Made by a program: the position numbers and the translations under genes | In this document: one piece after another, positions 20,933 through 29,277 of the stretch | Numbering within the stretch: position 1 is the stretch's first letter | Layout of the letters: every line of letters starts with the position of its first letter | The notes under the pieces: generated by a model | Told to the model about the DNA's origin: nothing | Databases searched by the model: none | What the model saw: the letters and a program-made list of their open reading frames with translations, nothing else | Virus record (IMG/VR): IMGVR_UViG_3300035670_000993 | Coordinates: 1-29,277 of that record | DNA length: 29,277 nucleotides | Direction: 5' to 3' (one strand) | DNA from: a virus

Positions 20933-22064
20933 ACTCTTTGAAAAGAACTACACCGCACCCACACGGATAGTAGTCAATCAAGGAGGCTCACGCTCAGGTA
21001 AGACCTACTCCATCTTGCAGATGCTTATTGTCATCGCAATGCAAGAAAAGGGTAAGGTCTTTTCTATTGTGCGTAAGTCGCTGCCATCACTCAAGATGAC
21101 GGCCTACCGTGACTTCTTTGAGATACTCAACAAACTTGATTTGTACGATGAGTCACGCCATAACAAGAGCGACTATACCTACACCCTCAACGGCAACCTA
21201 TTTGAGTTCATTTCACTTGACCAACCGCAGAAGAAGCGTGGAGCAAGACGTGACTACCTATTCTGCAACGAGGCCAACGAGCTTTCTTGGGAGGACTTCT
21301 TTCAGCTCTTGGTTCGTACCACAGGAAAGATATGGATTGACTACAACCCATCTGATGCGTTCCATTGGATTTACGACCGCCTGCTGACCCGTGATGATGT
21401 AACGTACATACAAAGTACCTACAAGGACAACCCCTTTCTTGACAAGTCCATCGTAGAGGAGATTGAAAGGCTGCAAGGAACGGACGAGGACTATTGGCGC
21501 ATCTACGGCTTGGGTGAGCGTGGAATGAGCCGTGCTACTATCTTTCAGTTCGGCAACGCAGAAGTCCCACAGGATGCAACGCTCTTGGCCTACGGGATGG
21601 ACTTTGGCTACACCAACGACCCTACCGCCCTCGTGGCGGTCTACAAGTCGGGGGACAACCTGTACCTTGATGAGCTGATCTACCGCACGGGGCTAACCAA
21701 CCCCGACATTAGCAACCATCTCAAGAGCCTAAATCTTGACAGGCGTTCAGAGATATTTGCTGACTCTGCTGAACCCAAATCTATTGAGGAGCTGCATCGT
21801 ATGGGATGGAACGTGAAACCCACGCAGAAGGGCGCAGATAGCGTTATAGTGGGCATTGATGTGCTGAAGCGGCATAAGATATTCGTAACCCCACGAAGCA
21901 ACAACCTAATCAAGGAAATGCAGAACTACAAATGGGTAGAAGACAAAAATGGAAACCTAATTAATAAGCCAGTCGACTACCTAAATCACGGAATCGATGC
22001 GGTGCGCTATGCCACCTACAACAAACTCAGCCGACCGAACTACGGGCGGTATGCCATACGCTAA
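20904..22064 (+). CDS. terL: Terminase large subunit (PBSX/XtmB, Terminase_3 type)
   Basis: Walker A NQGGSRSGKTYS, Walker B-like DYLFCNEANEL, and nuclease-domain motifs YGMDFGYTNDPTALV, ADSAEPKSIEEL and HGIDAVRYA. The only possible start after the in-frame TAG (20898) and before Walker A is TTG 20904. Confidence 0.93.
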   Translation: MSVLEVKTSELFEKNYTAPTRIVVNQGGSRSGKTYSILQMLIVIAMQEKGKVFSIVRKSLPSLKMTAYRDFFEILNKLDLYDESRHNKSDYTYTLNGNLFEFISLDQPQKKRGARRDYLFCNEANELSWEDFFQLLVRTTGKIWIDYNPSDAFHWIYDRLLTRDDVTYIQSTYKDNPFLDKSIVEEIERLQGTDEDYWRIYGLGERGMSRATIFQFGNAEVPQDATLLAYGMDFGYTNDPTALVAVYKSGDNLYLDELIYRTGLTNPDISNHLKSLNLDRRSEIFADSAEPKSIEELHRMGWNVKPTQKGADSVIVGIDVLKRHKIFVTPRSNNLIKEMQNYKWVEDKNGNLINKPVDYLNHGIDAVRYATYNKLSRPNYGRYAIR

Positions 22065-22085
22065 ATTCAAAAGGTTATTTTAAAG

Positions 22086-22816
22086 ATGAGATTGATAGTC
22101 CCAAACCAAATGAGCGAGATAAAGCTCGCTGACTACCAAAAGTTCATACGACTGGAGGGAGATGAGGAGTTCCTATCTCGTAAGGCCATTGAAATCTTTT
22201 GTGGTCTGTCTATGGATGTCATCCTAAAGATGAAGGCATCAAGCCTGCAAAAGACCGCAGGGGTATTGTCTAAAGCCTTCACCGAGAAGCCTGCGTTTCA
22301 GCAGAGGTTCATTATTGGCAAACAAGAGTTCGGGTTTATCCCCTCGCTTGATGAAATCACAGTAGGTGAGTTCAACGACTTGGATGAGTACATCACGGAC
22401 TTTCAGCAGATGCACAAGGCAATGGCGGTAATGTACCGCCCTGTGACTGCTCGCCTAGCCAACCGATACGACATCGAAGAATATCAAGGCACCTCTAAGT
22501 ACGCTGACTTGATGAAGGCTGCACCGCTAAACGTGGTGATAGGTGCGATGGTTTTTTTTTGGACTTTAGGAAAAGATTTGTCGCTGGCTTCCCTGACATC
22601 TTTGGCGAAGGAGAAACAGATGAATTTAGCACCGCTTCGCAATTTGCTAAAAAATGGGGATGGCTTCCTATATACCACCAGCTCGCTGGCGGAGATGCTC
22701 TCAAATTTGAAGCCGTTGCCAAACTCCCAGCAGCATTCGCATTCACCTACCTCACGTTTGAAAAAGACCGACTTGACGCTGAGAGAAGAATCCTTGAAAA
22801 ACAATTAAAGAAATGA
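22086..22816 (+). CDS. Conserved virion-module protein needing a -1 shift at a T9 run (tail-assembly-chaperone-like architecture, or a homopolymer indel)
   Basis: Frame 0 runs 22086..22808. At 22552-22560 (GTTTTTTTTTGG) the -1 frame opens and runs to TGA 22814-22816, which overlaps the next gene's ATG (ATGA). The -1 product (DFRKRFVAGFPDIFGEGETDEFSTASQFAKKWGWLPIYHQLAGGDALKFEAV...RILEKQLKK) looks far more protein-like than the frame-0 tail (LSLASLTSLAKEKQMNLAPLRNLL...SQQHSHSPTSRLKK). Confidence 0.55.
22552..22560 (+). other. T9 homopolymer: candidate -1 ribosomal/transcriptional slippage site (T_TTT_TTT in frame 0)
   Basis: Frame-0 codons are GTT TTT TTT TGG, so X_XXY_YYZ = T_TTT_TTT. Both downstream frames are open. 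Confidence 0.5.
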
Positions 22817-23280
22817 GGCAGTTCTACGACATCACCCAAAAGCTCAAGACCACCCTTGAGGCGCATAGCCAAGTCAACGTAGTGACGTTTGGCGATGTGT
22901 ACGATGTAGACCTAAACAAGCAGACCATCTTCCCGCTATCGCACATCATGATAAACCAAGCGTCCTTTGAGGGACAGGTGGTACGGATGAGCGTTAGCCT
23001 TATTTGTATGGATGTCATTGATGAGACCAAAGAGAACCCACGTGACCAAGCAGAGCCGTTCTACGGAACGAGCAACGTACAAGACATCCTAAACACGCAG
23101 CTTGCGGTCATCAATGATGTGGTGCAGGAGCTACGCAGAGGGCAGTTGTACTCTGACCTTTACCAGTTGGCTGGCACCCCTACGTGCCTGCCCTTCACCG
23201 AGCGTTTTGAAAATCTGCTTGCTGGATGGACTGCGACCTTTGACGTGCTGCTTGCTAACACAGAAATCAGCATCTGCTAA
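22813..23280 (+). CDS. Putative head-tail connector / tail completion protein
   Basis: 155-aa ORF adjacent to the gp10-like gene. Assignment is mostly positional. Confidence 0.3.
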   Translation: MRQFYDITQKLKTTLEAHSQVNVVTFGDVYDVDLNKQTIFPLSHIMINQASFEGQVVRMSVSLICMDVIDETKENPRDQAEPFYGTSNVQDILNTQLAVINDVVQELRRGQLYSDLYQLAGTPTCLPFTERFENLLAGWTATFDVLLANTEISIC

Positions 23281-23829
23281 ATGAAGCAAGATAGGGTAAA
23301 GGCAAGCCTACAAAAGTTTGCTGATGGTGTGGTGCTACAAGCCAAAGCCAACCTCGCACGTGAGAACAAGAACGTCACGGGCAACCTCACGCAGTCTATT
23401 GACTACGACCTTGAGGTAGGCCCAAACTCGTTCTTCTTGCGTTGGAAGATGGATGACACCGCCCCCTATTGGAAGTTTCAGGACTTGGGTGTGCAGGGTA
23501 AGTCATCATCTGCCAAAGCACCAAGCAGCCCTTTTAGATTTGGTACTGGTAGTAGCGGTATGCGTGGTGGCCTTACGAGAGCCATCAACGAATGGGTAAA
23601 GAAGCGCAGGTTCCAGTTCAGGGATGAGAAGGGTAGGTTTATGAGCTACGACAACACGGCATTCCTAATCACCCGCAGCGTTTACAACAAGGGCATCCGC
23701 ACCACTAACTTCTTCACCAATCCTTTTAGGTTGCAGTTTGAGCAGTTGCCGCAAGAGATTGCTTCTGCCTTTGCACTTGACCTCAAGGACTTCCTACAAT
23801 TCACGTTACAACCTAAGCCACCGAAATAA
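23281..23829 (+). CDS. HK97 gp10-like head-tail joining protein
   Basis: VLQAKANLARENKNVTGNLTQSIDYDLEVG...APYWKFQDLGVQG resembles the gp10 family pattern (ak..aP..TG.L..SI......YA.y.EfG), here with an insertion. It starts 1 nt after the previous stop. Confidence 0.45.
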   Translation: MKQDRVKASLQKFADGVVLQAKANLARENKNVTGNLTQSIDYDLEVGPNSFFLRWKMDDTAPYWKFQDLGVQGKSSSAKAPSSPFRFGTGSSGMRGGLTRAINEWVKKRRFQFRDEKGRFMSYDNTAFLITRSVYNKGIRTTNFFTNPFRLQFEQLPQEIASAFALDLKDFLQFTLQPKPPK

Positions 23830-25049
23830 TGAGCGTTCCTGTAATATCAACCCCAAGCAGCATAGCCCTTGCAAGAAGTCCGCTTTTTGTAACGGGTAAA
23901 AACAACACCCTTGTAAATGATTCGCTTGATGCGATGACGGTGAACCTAAAGATTTATTCGGGGGTGAGTACGTTGCCTGCGGGAGCAGCAAACTACACCC
24001 TCTCAAAGACCTACTCAATCAACGAGGTCATCAACTTTGAGATAAGCGACTTGGTGCGTTCAGAGTTCGGTCACGACTTCACGATTTGGGATAATACGGG
24101 ATATAGCCAAAGCCCATTAAATGAGGCGTTGTGGGTTACTCCGTATGGTGATTGGTTGTACTCCGACAACGGAGCAGTACCCGAAACGCTACCATTTGCA
24201 ACAGGCAATACCTACGCATTTCTTGCTACCGATGGATGGGCTAACCGAAACAACATTGCACCGACTGCCTATACTGGTTTGATTATGGCTACAAGCCGTG
24301 AGCGTCAGGTGCTGCCAACTAATTCGGAAGTCATTGCAATCAACAATAGCACCGCTAACGACTTTGGCTACATTGCAATCAAATATAGCGATGAGGACGC
24401 ATTCTATTCGTTTAACACAATTGGGCCACCTAACGGATTGCCTCCCGACCCTACCACAACCAACACCCGTGACTTGGTTGCGTACATTGGAGTCGGCCCC
24501 GCCAACCTAAATGCTTGGATGGCCTCAAGCTCTGCACGACCATCAGGTCACCCAAACGCAACATACTACGATGTATACTTCCACGAAACCGATGGCACGC
24601 TAATCACCACCGTGAGGTACAACCTCATCTGCGAGCCGAAGTACACGCCCTACCAAATAGCATTTATCAACCGCTATGGGGTAGCGGACTTCATCACGTT
24701 CTTCAAGCGCAGCCAAGAGCAGGGCAACTTCACGCAGGACTCGTACCAAAAGAGCATCTACAACGATGGCTTCACTACGCCATCTTTAGAGGTGGGTAAG
24801 TACCAATCCTACAACGTCAACTCTCGCAACAATCTAACGCTCAACACGGGCTTCGTAGATGAGGACTACGATGAGGTAATCAAAGACATCCTCACAAGCG
24901 AGTACGTGGCGGTATTGGATAACGGCACTTGGGTAAGTGTAGTGCCGCAGCGTGGTAGTGTAGAATACCAAAAGCACATAAACCAAAAGCTGATAAACTA
25001 CACCCTTACCTTCGACTACGGATTTGATGAGCGCAGTTTAGTACGATGA
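23829..25049 (+). CDS. Tail structural protein (406 aa; distal-tail/baseplate-like)
   Basis: Large beta-rich ORF that is TAATG-coupled upstream and ATGA-coupled downstream within the tail module. No catalytic motifs recognised. Confidence 0.45.
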   Translation: MSVPVISTPSSIALARSPLFVTGKNNTLVNDSLDAMTVNLKIYSGVSTLPAGAANYTLSKTYSINEVINFEISDLVRSEFGHDFTIWDNTGYSQSPLNEALWVTPYGDWLYSDNGAVPETLPFATGNTYAFLATDGWANRNNIAPTAYTGLIMATSRERQVLPTNSEVIAINNSTANDFGYIAIKYSDEDAFYSFNTIGPPNGLPPDPTTTNTRDLVAYIGVGPANLNAWMASSSARPSGHPNATYYDVYFHETDGTLITTVRYNLICEPKYTPYQIAFINRYGVADFITFFKRSQEQGNFTQDSYQKSIYNDGFTTPSLEVGKYQSYNVNSRNNLTLNTGFVDEDYDEVIKDILTSEYVAVLDNGTWVSVVPQRGSVEYQKHINQKLINYTLTFDYGFDERSLVR

Positions 25050-27190
25050 ACAAGGTCGACATTTACGTCAATGGCTTCCGCCTTGACATCTTCGATGATG
25101 AGCAGATCAGCATCAACCTATCCGTACAGAACGTACAGGATATCTCTAAGGTGTTCACGGACTTTACGCAGGGCTTCACGGTACCTGCAAGCCCGAACAA
25201 CAACGAGATACTCCAGCACTACTACAACCCATTTATAACGTCCTCAAGCATCACTACCCGCACATCGGGGCAGGATGAGTGGCAGAACATCTTTACGAAT
25301 TGGGAGTCGTACAACACGATTTGGAATGCGGGGGGTACTACTGATAAGGTGGTCAATACGTTTGATGCTCGGTTTAGGCAGTCAGCAAGAATCGAAATAA
25401 ACTCGCTCCCATTCCGCACGGGGGTGATAGAGCTTGACTCGGTTCAGTTAAAAGGCACGGAGCCTTATGCTTACTCGCTTACGTTCTATGGTGACGTTGT
25501 TGGCTTGTCTGACTTATTTGCAGAGGACTACCTCTACGACCTTGACTTCAGCGCATACAACCACGCATACACGGATGATGCGGTATTCGATAGGGTAACC
25601 ACCGACACCTACGCACCCATCTTTTACCCGCTTATGTCACCTGTGCGTAACTGGTACTACAATTCAGCAACAAGCGACCACGACCCGCTAAACATTCACT
25701 ACCATACAGGTGGTCACGGGAATGCTCACGGCATCAACTACTACGAGCTGAAGCCAGCAATCAAGGTCACTACGATACTTGATGCTATGGAAGCGAAGTA
25801 CGGCATCACCTTCACGGGTTCGTTCATCTCATCGGCTCCATTCACCGACCTTGCTTTGTGGCTACACCGAGCAGAGGGCTATATGTTTGACAATGGCGAA
25901 GACATAGCTTGGACGCTGATTGACTTCGACCGAAACACGGGAAGCGGTAGTGACTTCGACTTGACCACAGAAACGTGGACAAACCTTGTAGACAACGACT
26001 ACCAGTTCTCTGTAACGATGACAAACGTCAATGAGAACTATGAACTTGGTGTATTTGTGAATGGTCAGTTGGATGCGACTGCTAAAGTGAATGCACATCC
26101 ATCAAGCTCGGTCACTACCACTTGGGACTTGTATGTTCCATTGAATACAGATGTGCAGCTATTCATCCGTCCGCAGGCCGTGTCAAGCATCACATTCCAA
26201 GCAACAAACTACGACTGCTACTTGTTAGACCGAGAGACGGGTATACCATCTGACCAAGAATTCGAGGTAGACCAAACCTCATCGCAGAGCATTGGCTTCG
26301 AGGTAGACATCACGCAACTGATGCCCGAAATCAAGGTAAAGGATTTCCTTGCTGGGCTAATCAAGATGCACAACCTCGTAATCGTACCTAACAACTCAAG
26401 CTCGTTTCTCCTGCAACCTCTTCAGGATTGGTACGATGATGGCACACCACAGGACTACCAAACGTATTTGGACATCACCCAGTACACGGTAAACCGCCCG
26501 CCAATCTACCGAGAGATTGAGTACAATTACCAAGAAACGCAGCAGATACTTGGAGCGCAGTACCGCAACACCAACAACACAGGTTTCGGTGACTTGCGTG
26601 CGTTCTTCAACTTTGACGCTGACACCTTGCAGATAGGCTTACCATTTGAATGCCCATTGTTTGAGAGGTTGACTGACCAAGATGGTGGCGGTCTCACCAA
26701 CATAATGGTCTACAAAAGCATCACCAATGAGCTTGATGATGATGGCGTAACATTCAAGCCGTACTTGGGTGCGCCCATTTTATTCTACGCCAAGTTCGGT
26801 CTTGATATATCAGACAACTCGGTTTCGTTCATTGACTCGGACGGAACTACTGAAAGGGAGATAAACGACTGCTGGTATGCCAATACCTCAAATAGCTTCA
26901 CAAGCGTAGCGCAAGCGAACTCTATTTGTTTTGGTGCAGACATCGACCCGTTCTTTTTGCAGAGTGTAAGCAAGAGCCTATACTACAACTACTGGACGCA
27001 GTACATCACCGACCTCTACGCCAAGAGCAGAAGGTTGTACAGAGTAGAAGCGGTGCTTCCTATGGGTGAGATCATCAAGATGGACTTAAAGAACCAAGTG
27101 ATTTGGAACAATCAAAAGTTCATTGTGAACACCGCCCAGCTCAATATGACCACAGGCAAAGCAACATTTGAACTCCTCAACGTAGTATGA
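25046..27190 (+). CDS. Large tail structural protein (714 aa; tip/baseplate-hub-like)
   Basis: I recall the N-terminus MNKVDIYVNGFRLDIFDDEQISINLSVQNVQDISKVFTDFTQGFTVPASPNNNEIL from tail proteins of Bacteroidota phages. Size and position fit a tail-tip protein. Confidence 0.5.
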   Translation: MNKVDIYVNGFRLDIFDDEQISINLSVQNVQDISKVFTDFTQGFTVPASPNNNEILQHYYNPFITSSSITTRTSGQDEWQNIFTNWESYNTIWNAGGTTDKVVNTFDARFRQSARIEINSLPFRTGVIELDSVQLKGTEPYAYSLTFYGDVVGLSDLFAEDYLYDLDFSAYNHAYTDDAVFDRVTTDTYAPIFYPLMSPVRNWYYNSATSDHDPLNIHYHTGGHGNAHGINYYELKPAIKVTTILDAMEAKYGITFTGSFISSAPFTDLALWLHRAEGYMFDNGEDIAWTLIDFDRNTGSGSDFDLTTETWTNLVDNDYQFSVTMTNVNENYELGVFVNGQLDATAKVNAHPSSSVTTTWDLYVPLNTDVQLFIRPQAVSSITFQATNYDCYLLDRETGIPSDQEFEVDQTSSQSIGFEVDITQLMPEIKVKDFLAGLIKMHNLVIVPNNSSSFLLQPLQDWYDDGTPQDYQTYLDITQYTVNRPPIYREIEYNYQETQQILGAQYRNTNNTGFGDLRAFFNFDADTLQIGLPFECPLFERLTDQDGGGLTNIMVYKSITNELDDDGVTFKPYLGAPILFYAKFGLDISDNSVSFIDSDGTTEREINDCWYANTSNSFTSVAQANSICFGADIDPFFLQSVSKSLYYNYWTQYITDLYAKSRRLYRVEAVLPMGEIIKMDLKNQVIWNNQKFIVNTAQLNMTTGKATFELLNVV

Positions 27191-27345
27191 AGCAGACGTA
27201 TTTAGGTTATTTGGTAGAGGTACTTCAGTCGGATGATTGGTATGGGGTAAGTGAAGCCGTTGATATAGCAAAAGGCAAATACGCCCTTCCAAGAAATTGG
27301 AGCGAAGGCGTTAAACTCATCAAAAGGGAATGGCAGAAGAAGTAA
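27187..27345 (+). CDS. 52-aa hypothetical protein between the tail-tip and tape-measure-like genes
   Basis: Hand-translated: MKQTYLGYLVEVLQSDDWYGVSEAVDIAKGKYALPRNWSEGVKLIKREWQKK*. It has an ATGA overlap upstream and a 16-nt overlap with the next gene. Confidence 0.4.
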   Translation: MKQTYLGYLVEVLQSDDWYGVSEAVDIAKGKYALPRNWSEGVKLIKREWQKK

Positions 27346-29237
27346 ACATTAATATCAGAATCTCATCGAACTTAGACTCTACGGCTGCAAAAGCCTCAAA
27401 GTCTATTGATGAGGTTACAAAAAGTGCGGATGACGCTTCCAAGTCCATTGAGAAGACGGGCACTGTAACCGAGAAGGCCACCCAGCTTATTGACAAATTC
27501 ACGGGTGGTCTTGCGAGCAAGATTCAAAGTATTACCAAATACAGTAAAGAGCTTGGTACTGGATTGGTTACCGCATTCAAGGCAGGTACTAAAGGCGCAT
27601 CCTCGCTTCAGAAGGCCATCATCTCTACGGGTATTGGTGCGCTTGTCGTTGCCGTAGGCTTGCTTGTTGCTTACTGGGATGACATCGTTGGATTTATTAG
27701 CGGAGCATCAACCGAGCAAACGAAACTACTTGCAGAAACCGAGAAGACCGCCCAAGCGCAGCAGGCAGCTTTAGATGCAATCTCCCTTCAGGAGAACTCA
27801 CTTCGCTTGGCGGGTAAGTCAGAGAAGGAGATTCGAGACTTAAAGGTTCAGCAGACCAACGAAACCATAACGGCTCTTGAGGCTCAACTGCAAGCGCAGG
27901 AGACCATCAAGAAGTCGCAGGTAGATGCGGCAAAGCGGAATAAAGATATTCTTCAGGGAATCATCAGGGCTATAACAATACCCCTCACCACCCTGCTTGC
28001 TACCGTTGATTCGGTGGGCAAGGCTTTAGGCAAGGACTTTGGGCTTGAGAAGCAGTTTAGTGGTGGCCTTGCGAATCTCGTATTTAACCCTGATGAGGTA
28101 GCCGAAGCAGCAGATGAAAGCATCAAAGAAACGCAAGACCAACTTGCCAAGCTAAAGAGCGCAAGAGATGGCTTCTTGTTGCAGGACAAAAAGGAGCAGG
28201 CAGATGCCGCAAAAGCAGCGTCCGACAAAGCGGCAAAAGACGCAGAGGCTCTGATAGCAAAGGAGAAAGAAACCCAAGATGCGATTGCTGCCCTCAACAA
28301 AGAAACGCTTGACCTGATTGCTGCCAACCAAGAGTCGGCACTAAAGGATGAGACTGAGCGTGAGAACCTACGCTTCGCCAACTTACAGGCAAAGCTCACC
28401 CGTGAGCGTGAGGAGCAGATAAAAGCAGCAGAAGGCAACCAAGAACTGATTGCTGCAATCAATGCCAAGTATGACGCTTTGAGCGTGCAGGCAGAACAAG
28501 CCCACGCTACCACGTTAGAGAACATTAGCAAGGCATCGCAGGACAAGCTCAATGCCCAGCTTCAGCAGGCGGCAGACATCCGCACCAGCCTGATTGAAAA
28601 CGAGCAAGAGCGTGAGCTTGCAACAATCAAAGTTAAGTACGAGCAAGACCTACTCGCTGCTGAGAAGAACGAAGAGCTAAAGGCAGCTTTGACTGCAAGG
28701 TATGAGGCTGACAAATTTGCCATTAAAAAGAACTACGCAGACCAAGAGTCAAAGCTCCGAAGAGACACCCTCAACGCAGAGCTTGATGTAGTTAAAGGTG
28801 CGTTTGATGCCATCGGTCAGATTGCTGGTGAGCAGTCAGTATTGGGCAAGGCATCAGCCGTAGCAAGTGCGGTAATTAACACCTACCAAGCAGCAACAAA
28901 CGCTCTCGCCAATACCCCTGCTCCTCCACCCTTTCCACAAATTGCAGCAGGTGTAGCCATTGCTTCGGGCCTTGCAAGTGTTCGTAAGATTCTGCAAACG
29001 CCAGTACCCGATGGAAATGGTGGATTGAGTTCGGGCGGTGGTGGCGGTAGCCTACCAAGCGCACCTACGATTCAGCAACCGCAGTTTAACATAGTAGGTC
29101 AAAGTGGAACCAACCAACTAGCGCAGAGCATAGGCGGTCAATTCAGCCAACCCATCCGTGCCTATGTGGTAGGTGGTGACGTTACAACCTCACAACAACT
29201 GGAGCGTCAACGAGTAAAAACAGCAACATTCGGATAA
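27330..29237 (+). CDS. Tape-measure-like protein (or internal/ejection protein)
   Basis: 635 aa. It has a hydrophobic segment (AIISTGIGALVVAVGLLVAYW) and a long A/E/K/Q-rich coiled coil. The C-terminal part is Gly/Pro-rich (NTPAPPPFPQIAAGVAIASGLASV, GGLSSGGGGGSLP) and ends ...AYVVGGDVTTSQQLERQRVKTATFG, a tape-measure-like C-terminus in my recollection. Confidence 0.6.
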   Translation: MAEEVNINIRISSNLDSTAAKASKSIDEVTKSADDASKSIEKTGTVTEKATQLIDKFTGGLASKIQSITKYSKELGTGLVTAFKAGTKGASSLQKAIISTGIGALVVAVGLLVAYWDDIVGFISGASTEQTKLLAETEKTAQAQQAALDAISLQENSLRLAGKSEKEIRDLKVQQTNETITALEAQLQAQETIKKSQVDAAKRNKDILQGIIRAITIPLTTLLATVDSVGKALGKDFGLEKQFSGGLANLVFNPDEVAEAADESIKETQDQLAKLKSARDGFLLQDKKEQADAAKAASDKAAKDAEALIAKEKETQDAIAALNKETLDLIAANQESALKDETERENLRFANLQAKLTREREEQIKAAEGNQELIAAINAKYDALSVQAEQAHATTLENISKASQDKLNAQLQQAADIRTSLIENEQERELATIKVKYEQDLLAAEKNEELKAALTARYEADKFAIKKNYADQESKLRRDTLNAELDVVKGAFDAIGQIAGEQSVLGKASAVASAVINTYQAATNALANTPAPPPFPQIAAGVAIASGLASVRKILQTPVPDGNGGLSSGGGGGSLPSAPTIQQPQFNIVGQSGTNQLAQSIGGQFSQPIRAYVVGGDVTTSQQLERQRVKTATFG

Positions 29238-29277
29238 TGAAACTTATTGAACTTATACTTGATGAAACGATGGCTTT
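29151..29277. repeat. Second copy of the 127-bp terminal direct repeat (identical to 1..127)
   Basis: Identical to 1..127. It contains the tape-measure-like stop codon and the first 41 nt of the XkdF-like gene. Confidence 0.97.
29237..29277 (+). CDS. 5' fragment of the XkdF-like gene (duplicate of 87..127)
   Basis: ATGAAACTTATTGAACTT... is identical to 87..127. It exists only because of the terminal repeat. Confidence 0.9.
   Translation, partial: MKLIELILDETMA

Noticed and set aside
27953-28552. 199-aa ORF on the - strand inside the tape-measure-like gene. The same applies to all other - strand ORFs in the track, for example 1207..1455, 2814..3119, 5296..5643, 9699..10031, 10233..10559, 11159..11449, 14882..15175 and 22484..22804.
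   Set aside because: Each lies antisense to a longer + strand ORF with recognisable protein features. Their translations are low-complexity (Ser/Ala/Leu/Cys-rich), as expected from the reverse complement of A/E/K-rich coding sequence. None has its own intergenic space, promoter or terminator. The genome is otherwise strictly unidirectional.
1-29277. Search for lysogeny functions (integrase, CI/Cro-like repressor, excisionase, att-like repeats) or a cargo defence/toxin system.
   Set aside because: No ORF shows tyrosine or serine recombinase motifs or a repressor-type HTH pair. There is no divergent transcription unit. The terminal repeat is an assembly-type overlap, not att sites. Absence by eye is not proof, and HMM searches are needed.

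Overview
The window is one complete, circularly closing tailed-phage (Caudoviricetes) genome. Bases 1-127 are identical to 29151-29277, so the genome unit is 29,150 bp plus a 127-bp overlap. All credible genes are on the + strand and tightly packed, with many ATGA/TAATG start-stop overlaps.

Gene order around the circle:
- 0.09-8.8 kb: XkdF-type protease, scaffold, major capsid, putative tail tube, portal-MuF fusion, GIY-YIG homing endonuclease, adaptor-like protein, tail fibre.
- 9.1-10.5 kb: lysis cassette with two holin-like membrane proteins, a T7-lysozyme-type amidase and a unimolecular-spanin-like lipoprotein.
- 10.5-10.9 kb: a 350-bp AT-rich control region.
- 10.9-17.8 kb: early/replication module with DUF3310, RusA-like resolvase, OB-fold protein, DnaB-like helicase, DnaA-domain-IV-like HTH protein, ECF-type sigma factor, and two PD-(D/E)XK nucleases.
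- 17.8-19.8 kb: translationally coupled GT-B glycosyltransferase, GT-A glycosyltransferase and TylF-like O-methyltransferase.
- 19.8-22.1 kb: two HNH genes, then TerS and TerL.
- 22.1-29.2 kb: neck/tail genes and a tape-measure-like gene.

Missing Shine-Dalgarno sequences, A-rich leaders and three TATATTTG (-7 TAnnTTTG type) promoters point to a Bacteroidota host. I recognised no tRNA, CRISPR array, integrase or repressor.

Most notable observations:
- A conserved TTAAAACCAATCAG leader motif abuts the start codons of early genes.
- A T9 slippery run switches the gene after TerL into the -1 frame.
- The glycosylation/methylation module has no obvious substrate.
- A phage sigma factor gene is overlapped by a Cys4 protein gene.
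- A very acidic early protein could be a DNA mimic.
- About nine sub-60-codon coupled ORFs fill nearly every gap in the supplied ORF track.

All family assignments come from motif recognition by eye, not from database searches.
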